Source of the DNA: Methanobacteriota archaeon
Lineage (GTDB): Archaea; Hydrothermarchaeota; Hydrothermarchaeia; Hydrothermarchaeales; JACRDW01
NCBI GenBank assembly: GCA_043820925.1
Contig: JBDRDL010000063.1
Span: 1-26,306 of the forward strand
Reading direction: 5' to 3'
DNA: 26,306 nucleotides
The translations under genes and the position numbers were made by a program. The notes below the pieces were generated by a model. The model did not search any database. It saw only the letters and a program-made list of their open reading frames with translations, and was not told the DNA's origin. This document shows, one piece after another, positions 17,575 through 23,596 of the stretch (position 1 is the stretch's first letter; every line of letters begins with the position of its first letter).

Positions 17575-17715
17575 CCCCTATAGCCCTTTTTGGAAAAAGT
17601 GCTATCATCCCAAAAACCCGAGAGCAACGTCAATGGTTTTCCCCGAGGGCTTTTGCGAAGCAAAAGGGCTCCCCTATAGCCCTTTCTTTAGGAAAGAAAG
17701 TGCTATCATCCCAAA
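17575..17715 (+). repeat. Two direct copies of hairpin module B behind tRNA-Ile
   Basis: CCCCTATAGCCCTTT[..]AAAGTGCTATCATCCCAAA at 17575-17614 and 17671-17715, differing only at the hairpin tip. Confidence 0.9.
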
Positions 17716-17803
17716 GAAAATAGATTAGAATATAAGTCAGTAATAGTGGTATTGAAGCGATAGCGGAAATACCACAATATAATGGTCAACCTTTTAGAAG
17801 GTT

Positions 17804-17930
17804 GCCGGGGTAACTCAGCTTGGTTAGAGTGCCACGCTCATAGGGTCAAACTTTTGGGAAAAGTTTGATCAAAACTTGCCCGTCTACCTGGGAAACGTGG
17901 AAGTCGCGGGTTCGAAGCCCGTCCCCGGCA
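17804..17930 (+). tRNA. tRNA-Met (CAT, elongator type) with a 52-nt intron at 17843-17894
   Basis: Acceptor GCCGGGG/CCCCGGC-A, anticodon arm CCACG-CT-CAT-A^...^A-CGTGG. BHB central helix CTCA/TGGG with TAG and AAA bulges. Confidence 0.92.
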
Positions 17931-18323
17931 TAACTCTTTCTTTCTCCTCTCTGCTTGCAAAAGTTCACAAAGCCGTCATTTAAACGAGTTTGAAATGGCT
18001 TGAGGACGGTAATTATGTATTGCCCTTATAATGAAGAATGAAGATAAATGAATTTTTATCGAGGCGCTATGAGCTGGTTTTGCAGGTATGGTGTATGCTG
18101 GCAATTATTGGCCTAGTATTGCTCTTCTATATGTGGTTTGTTGGGGTTTAAGGTCTTTTAAAATGCACGCTAGAGATTTATAACGTCCATTGCTTTCTTC
18201 CACTTGTTGCCCTCTATCTGCATTACCCAAACCTTCTTTACCTCCGGGTTCTGCTTCGCAAGCGCAACTACTTCGTCCTTGCGATGCTCTCTGCCAGCTC
18301 AAGCTTATTCGTAGCCAAGCCTC

Positions 18324-18479
18324 TTAGAACCCCATGAACTCGGTTGTAAAACCCACGTAGCTGCAGGACTCGCACCTCTTCTCGGATAGTGAGATAACCT
18401 CAATTTCCTCGCTTTTACACTTAGGGCAAATCAGCCCTTCATTATTCTTCCTCTGCGAAACCTCTTCTGTTGCATTCAT
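18324..18479 (-). CDS. Small zinc-ribbon protein (51 aa; absent from the ORF track)
   Basis: My translation: MNATEEVSQRKNNEGLICPKCKSEEIEVISLSEKRCESCSYVGFTTEFMGF*, with two CxxC pairs. Confidence 0.65.
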   Translation of the reverse strand: MNATEEVSQRKNNEGLICPKCKSEEIEVISLSEKRCESCSYVGFTTEFMGF

Positions 18480-18530
18480 GTTCTCTAAGGATATTTTAAT
18501 TCTCTTTAGGGTTTATATAACTTTTGGGCT

Positions 18531-18806
18531 ATGTTTATTCCTATGAATCTTAATCTTATCGCCAGAACTGGAGCTAAAGAAATTCTGATACAGCTGGAAA
18601 GTGGTCCTAAAAGATTTTCAGAATTCAGGGAGCTAAATAAAAGAACAATGCAAAAAAGACTTATAGAGTTAGAAGAGGCAGGATTGATTAGACGTGAGGT
18701 GATTACAGAGCGTCCTGTCAAGGTAATTTACAAGCTTACCAGAAAGGGCAACGAGATAATTCAAGACCTTAAAAGATTAGAAAGAAAGTTGAAATCACTT
18801 AAGTAA
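18531..18806 (+). CDS. HxlR-family winged-helix transcriptional regulator
   Basis: GPKRFSEF...RLIELEEAGLIRREV...PVKVIYKLTRKG pattern. Confidence 0.88.
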   Translation: MFIPMNLNLIARTGAKEILIQLESGPKRFSEFRELNKRTMQKRLIELEEAGLIRREVITERPVKVIYKLTRKGNEIIQDLKRLERKLKSLK

Positions 18807-18934
18807 GGCTAAACTCCTAATGAAAGGGTAATTAGAAACTTGCTACATGCCATCAACCATCGGTTAGCTCGTAGAAAAATCTTATATTGCCTAAAGTAAA
18901 TATATTACATAGGTTTACCTAAAAAGGTGGAAAT

Positions 18935-19408
18935 ATGGAGAAGGACGACTTCCTGCGTACCGAATACGAGCAGTGCAGATCTGCGATAGAAAATTTTGAT
19001 AGAATTCTCACCGACCTCAGAATAAAAGGAATAACGCTGGTACTTGCCTTTGACGGAGTTGCTGCCCTAAGTGGGGGGAGAACGCTGGGTATAGCCGTTG
19101 GGGGTAAAGAAGTTGCTGCCGCTGTAGTAATTCAGCTTGTAACGTTGGCGCTTCTTTACCCAGTTTATCGCCTTGATACAATGTACACGGAATTTTTAGT
19201 AACTGCTGTAGATAGGGCAATTGCGATAGAAGAGCGCCTCAGCGAGCCAATTTCATTGGGGGGAAAAGAGTATCCGCCATTAACAAAGGCAATAACAAAA
19301 GCGTTTCGAAAGAAATTCAAGACAATTGCCAGCATTCATAGAAGAATCTATATCTTGCTGGGTATCCTATCTATTTTACTGGCCGCCTTTTACCTCATAG
19401 CAGGATAG
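18935..19408 (+). CDS. Small membrane protein with about 3 hydrophobic helices, function unknown
   Basis: AGGTGG SD. N-terminal EY..C helix, hydrophobic segments GITLVLAFDGVAAL, VAAAVVIQLVTLALLYPVY and IYILLGILSILLAAFYLIAG, and a D..Y...L..A...A..IE pattern. Confidence 0.8.
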   Translation: MEKDDFLRTEYEQCRSAIENFDRILTDLRIKGITLVLAFDGVAALSGGRTLGIAVGGKEVAAAVVIQLVTLALLYPVYRLDTMYTEFLVTAVDRAIAIEERLSEPISLGGKEYPPLTKAITKAFRKKFKTIASIHRRIYILLGILSILLAAFYLIAG

Positions 19409-19415
19409 TGAAAGA

Positions 19416-19877
19416 ATGAAAGAGAAGAGGATATACCTCGCTGGTCCGCTTTTCTCTGAAGCAGAAAGAGCTTGGGCAAGGGATATCAAAAGAAAAATAG
19501 AGGAAGCAGCCAAAAATAAAAATGCCGAAGTTAAGGTAATTTGGCCTTACGAGCTAACCCCAGAGAAACGCATCAAAAAACTAAAAAGTAAAGCTAAGCT
19601 GGAAATTTTTAAGAAATGCGCTTCGCACCTTAAGGATTCAGATATTCTCGTCGCTGTATTGGATGGAACGCAGGTCGATGACGGTACTGCTTGGGAAATT
19701 GGATACTTCTATAAAAACAAAAAGCCAAAATCAAAAATATATGGAATCAGAACCGACTTCAGAAAAGCCGGCGAAACTAGATATTCGAAAGTAAATTCAA
19801 TGATCGAAGTTTCGTGCGATGAAATAGTGGATACTCCAAGGAAATTGATAGAAAGGATTAAAAAACTTCTCTATTAA
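19416..19877 (+). CDS. Nucleoside 2-deoxyribosyltransferase / N-glycosidase (NDT) domain protein
   Basis: IYLAGPLFS, SDILVAVLDG..VDDGTAWEIGY (catalytic Glu), IRTDFR and NSMI motifs. Confidence 0.9.
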   Translation: MKEKRIYLAGPLFSEAERAWARDIKRKIEEAAKNKNAEVKVIWPYELTPEKRIKKLKSKAKLEIFKKCASHLKDSDILVAVLDGTQVDDGTAWEIGYFYKNKKPKSKIYGIRTDFRKAGETRYSKVNSMIEVSCDEIVDTPRKLIERIKKLLY

Positions 19878-19919
19878 CTCTTTTCCTCCAAAATAATTAT
19901 ATGAAACGCCTGCATATTC

Positions 19920-21041
19920 ATGTTCATGTCAGACATGCACAAGCTACTTGGGCTGAGCAAGCAGGATTATCAAAAAATGCTGGAGAGGAAGTACCTCAAG
20001 TCTTTCGAGTATCAGGGGATGCGCTATTACTGCCTTTCAAAAGATTTCAGGCATTTGGAGAGGGGAACGAGTATAATCAACGGCGAAGTAATCAGGGGCT
20101 TTCCGAAAATCAGACGTGCACTTTACCTAGCACCTGCTTTATCTAGGCACTTCTCAGGCAGGGTAGCGGTTGAAGAGAAAATGAACGGATACAATGTGCG
20201 CATCGCAAGAGCTGGAAAGGATATATTCGCCCTGACCAGGGGAGGATTCATATGCCCATTCTCGACGATGAAAGTGCAGGAGATGCGCTTTGAAAAATTC
20301 TTCAAAGATAACCTGGAACTTGTGCTGTGCGGCGAGATTTTTGGACCCGAGAATCCCTACCAGCCTGAGCAGTATCCTGTAGAGAGCGTCGGGTTTTGCG
20401 TATTCGATATTCGGAGAAAAGGAACCGGAGAATCTCTGCCTGTGCTTGAAAGGAGGAAGCTCGCCGAGAAGTACGAGCTACCGCAAGTTAAATTGTTCGG
20501 GATTTTTTCCATAGAGGAAGCGAAAAGCAGAATCCCTGAAATAATAAAGGGAATTGGAAGAGAGGGCAGGGAAGGGATTGTAATAAAAGCACTTGACATG
20601 AAAAAGCAGATGAAGTACACATGCTCAGAGAGCACCTGCGCAGACTTGAGCTTTGCTTTCAAATTTTTGTTCGAGTATGGAAGAGACTTCATATTCAGGA
20701 GAATAATCAGAGAAGGCTTTCAGGCGGTTGAGTGGCGGGAAGACGAGAAAGCGCTGGAGGAGCGGGCGCACCGGCTGGGCAGTGCGCTTCTTCTTCCGAT
20801 GGTAGAGACGATAGACTCGGTAAATGGCGGGGTAGAAGTTAGAGAGAATTTTAGGATTCGTGTTAAGAGCATGGAAGAGGTATATGCGCTCATTGAATAC
20901 CTGAGGAGAATGAGGATAAGGGTTGTGCTCACGGACGTTGAAGAAAAAGGCAGGGAAAAAATCGCAAGCTTCTACAGAGTGCACAGGGCAACGAATGACA
21001 AAATTAAAGCATACTTGGAAGGAGAGTTCTGCAGGGAGTAG
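19920..21041 (+). CDS. ATP-dependent RNA ligase, archaeal Rnl3/Pab1020 family
   Basis: GFPKIRRA, motif I EEKMNGYNVR, TRGGFICPF, LCGE..GPENPY, FDI, GREGIVIK, KYT and RIIREGFQ motifs. Confidence 0.93.
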   Translation: MFMSDMHKLLGLSKQDYQKMLERKYLKSFEYQGMRYYCLSKDFRHLERGTSIINGEVIRGFPKIRRALYLAPALSRHFSGRVAVEEKMNGYNVRIARAGKDIFALTRGGFICPFSTMKVQEMRFEKFFKDNLELVLCGEIFGPENPYQPEQYPVESVGFCVFDIRRKGTGESLPVLERRKLAEKYELPQVKLFGIFSIEEAKSRIPEIIKGIGREGREGIVIKALDMKKQMKYTCSESTCADLSFAFKFLFEYGRDFIFRRIIREGFQAVEWREDEKALEERAHRLGSALLLPMVETIDSVNGGVEVRENFRIRVKSMEEVYALIEYLRRMRIRVVLTDVEEKGREKIASFYRVHRATNDKIKAYLEGEFCRE

Positions 21042-21677
21042 CTATTTCGTTTTCAGATACTCCTCTATCAGGCTTGGAAATGCCTTTGCTTCTACATAGC
21101 GCAGCCCAAACTCTTCTGCCCACCTCATTATCCCCTCGTCCGCAGTAACCACGCCTGCCTGCAGCTCCTTTGCCAGAATCAGCATATCCAAATCCTCTTT
21201 GCTGTCCAGTATCCCCTGCCTCAGGGCTATTCGATATTTGCTGCGCAGCTCAGAAATAACGTTGTCCAGCTCGCTCCTGAAGTTCTCGCCTTTTTTTTGG
21301 TCCGCCTTCTCAGCTTTGTGCACAGCTTTTTCTGCAACCCTCAAACCCTTATCTATTCTGCCTCTCAAATCAGAGATAAAGCTGTACAGCATATCGCTCG
21401 GTATCGCAACCTCGTGCCTCGATGGATTCTTCTTCACTATCCAGGTATCTATCTTGGTGAAAATTTCTTCAGGGCAGCTCTTGGCGTGCAGGCTCCTGCT
21501 CAGCTCTCTTACTATGCTCGGGGGCATGTAGCAGCTGATGTTAAGCTTCAGCCTTGCCTTTGAGATTAAATCCAGCAGGCGATTGGCAGCATCTATTACG
21601 CTTTCATTCCCCCTTCTGACATCATTTGACAAAAAGGCTGAAGTATCCAGAACAAACCTTTGCCTCAGCAGTTTCAT
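21042..21677 (-). CDS. Protein-only RNase P homolog HARP (PIN_5/UPF0278, 'RNA ligase partner protein')
   Basis: QRFVLDTSAF, SCYMPPS, WIVKKNP.R, RIDKGLRVAE, KYR.ALRQGILDSKEDLD...LAKEL and DEGI..WA..FG motifs. Confidence 0.93.
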   Translation of the reverse strand: MKLLRQRFVLDTSAFLSNDVRRGNESVIDAANRLLDLISKARLKLNISCYMPPSIVRELSRSLHAKSCPEEIFTKIDTWIVKKNPSRHEVAIPSDMLYSFISDLRGRIDKGLRVAEKAVHKAEKADQKKGENFRSELDNVISELRSKYRIALRQGILDSKEDLDMLILAKELQAGVVTADEGIMRWAEEFGLRYVEAKAFPSLIEEYLKTK

Positions 21678-21823
21678 GCTATTATCTCAGCATTATAACT
21701 GAAAAAGGTTGTGGTTAGCAAAAAGTTCATATTTCTAAACGTAGAAGCTCCGATGATAATCGGCAGCGAAACTCTCGTTCCACTTGCGCAAGCAAGCTTG
21801 TCCTTGCGGACAATTGAACGAAT

Positions 21824-21917
21824 GCTCCGGTAGTGTAGACCGGTCAATCATGTGAGACTCTCACAGCCCCAGGGTTAGGGAACTCTCACGACACGGGTTC
21901 AAATCCCGTCCGGAGCA
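21824..21917 (+). tRNA. tRNA-Glu (CTC) with a 19-nt intron at 21864-21882
   Basis: Acceptor GCTCCGG/CCGGAGC-A, anticodon arm TGAGA-CT-CTC-A^...^C-TCTCA. BHB helix CTCT/AGGG with CAC and AAC bulges. Confidence 0.92.
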
Positions 21918-22073
21918 TTTCTCAGCACTTCGCTCGCAGGCTTTTCGTATGAGCAGATACGAATGCTCGCTTGCGCCGAGACCCAAAAAAACTATGTGCT
22001 ATCGGAGTGAAATAGCACGACGTATGATAGCCAGCCTTTCAGAAGGCTGGTTCTGAAATCCCGTCCGGAGCAT
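21901..22073 (+). mobile_element. Candidate miniature integrated element: 18-bp direct repeat of the tRNA-Glu 3' end, 155 bp apart
   Basis: AAATCCCGTCCGGAGCAT at 21901-21918 and 22056-22073. The interior is non-coding hairpins. Confidence 0.55.
21918..21985 (+). repeat. Structured tRNA-Glu 3' trailer element
   Basis: TTTCTCAGC...GCCGAGACCCA, with the same termini as the Ala and Val trailers. Confidence 0.8.
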
Positions 22074-22074
22074 A

Positions 22075-22170
22075 ACCCTTTTTCTTGTAAGAAAAAGGTC
22101 TATCACACTACTTCTTAAAAGAAGTAGCAAGAATGGTTCTCAAAGGCAGAGCCTTTGAACCAAAAGGAAC
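22075..22170 (+). repeat. Hairpin module B cluster
   Basis: CCTTTTTCTT-GT-AAGAAAAAGG-TCTATCAC, then CTACTTCTT-AA-AAGAAGTAG-CAA and TCAAAGGC-AGA-GCCTTTGA. Confidence 0.75.
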
Positions 22171-22229
22171 AGATACGAGATATATAAAAAAATGCATGTG
22201 AAGAGAAATTGAGCAATGGAGCGATTTAA

Positions 22230-23516
22230 ATGTTAGAAGGGATAATCAGTAAACTGGAGGAGAAAGTTATGGAGAGTATTATCCAGCTTATACCGAAAAT
22301 CGGCATTATACTTGTAACTTTAATTGCGGGAGTAATCGCAGCAAAGCTTACAAGAAAAATCGTGCTGACGTATGGGTAGAGGGCAGCAAAGAAAATAGGA
22401 ATCGAGCTGGACGAAAAAGTCGTAGAGTACTCTGCAAAAAGCATTCGATACATAATCTATGCTTTTGTCCTGATAGTAATATCTATGCAGCTCGGTCTGG
22501 AAGCAATGCCGATAATCATCGCCGTGCTGATACTCCTCCTCATAAAGCCAGCGGTGGAAATAGTTAAAGTAGTATATCAAAAGCTTGGAATAAAGCTTCT
22601 GAAGGAAGTGACGAGAGAGGCTGGCATTGCTCTTGAAGACCGCATATACGAGCAGTCTTTCAACATGGTTAAAATACTGATCTACGGAATAGCGATTATC
22701 CTGGCAGGAAAGCAGCTCGGCTTGGACATGGTTCCCATAATATCTGCAGGTTTGATAGTATTTTTTGCCAAGCCACTCTCTGAGATAGCTATCGTTTTCA
22801 TGCGGAAAGCAGAGGAGGAAATTGTCAAGAGGAGAGGGATAGAGGTCAAGGCATTCTTTCCGATACTGTACAAGGTTGCGCAGTACTCCATATACGTATT
22901 TGCGGTAATCCTTGCCGTAGGCCGCCTTGGTTTCGACGTCATGCCCTTCGTAGCCGGTTTAGGAGTTGTAGGACTGGCTCTCGGATTGGCCGCAAAAGAC
23001 ACGATATCAAACATTATAGCAGGAGTTTTCCTTATAATAGATAAGCCGTTTGTGATAGGCGACAGAATAGAGCTGTGGTCTGCTCCGAAAGGAGGTGCCA
23101 CGTGGGGCGACGTCGTTGACATAGGTCTCCGAAGCACGAAGATAAGGACTCCGGACAACGTGATACTCATAATACCAAACTCTGCGATTTACACGAGAGA
23201 CATAATCAACTACACAACAGGGACTCCTGAAATCAGGGTGAGTATTCCCGTAGGAATTTCCTACGAATCTGACCTGAGCAAAGCCGAGAAAATACTCAAG
23301 GAAGCAGCAGGCAGCACGAGCGGCGTAAAGGAATCAAGCGTCATAGTAAAGGACTTTGGAGAATCCTCCATAGACCTTGAACTCAGGGCGCTGATAGAAG
23401 ATGCGAGAAACAAAGGGAAGATTTCATCAGAGATAAGAAAGGCGATAAAGAGGGAGTTTGATAAAGAAGGTATAGAGATTCCATATCCAAGGAGGGTGCT
23501 AATCGAGAAAAGGTGA
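22230..23516 (+). CDS. mscS: MscS-family mechanosensitive channel with an extended N-terminal TM region, interrupted by an in-frame TAG at 22377-22379 (ORF track starts at 22485)
   Basis: GLALGLAAKDTISNIIAG, KPFVIGDRI, IGLRSTKIRT, IPNS..Y...IIN and GIEIPYPRR motifs. 85 more in-frame codons of membrane-protein character run upstream from ATG 22230, which has a GGAG SD. Confidence 0.85.
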
Positions 23517-23596
23517 TGTGCTCCGGAATGAAGATTTTTGGAGCAGCATATTCGCTGCGAAGGTTCAGAGTTTTTCGCAGGGTTCATGGTAGCTAC

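Noticed and set aside
17575..17715. Possible CRISPR mini-array
   Set aside because: Only two copies, of unequal length at the hairpin tip, with a structured spacer and no cas genes. They belong to the dispersed hairpin family.
17804..17930. tRNA-Ile2 (CAU) or initiator tRNA assignment
   Set aside because: The GCCGGGG acceptor, the lack of A1-U72 and of three G-C anticodon-stem pairs, and the 37/38 intron all fit elongator Met.
18105..18302. 65-aa minus-strand ORF
   Set aside because: TTG start with no clear SD and no recognisable motif, so it cannot be supported.
17931..19883. TAACTCTTT repeated after tRNA-Met and after the NDT gene as att sites
   Set aside because: Only 9 AT-rich bases, outside the tRNA body. 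Chance or terminator-like pyrimidine tracts explain it.
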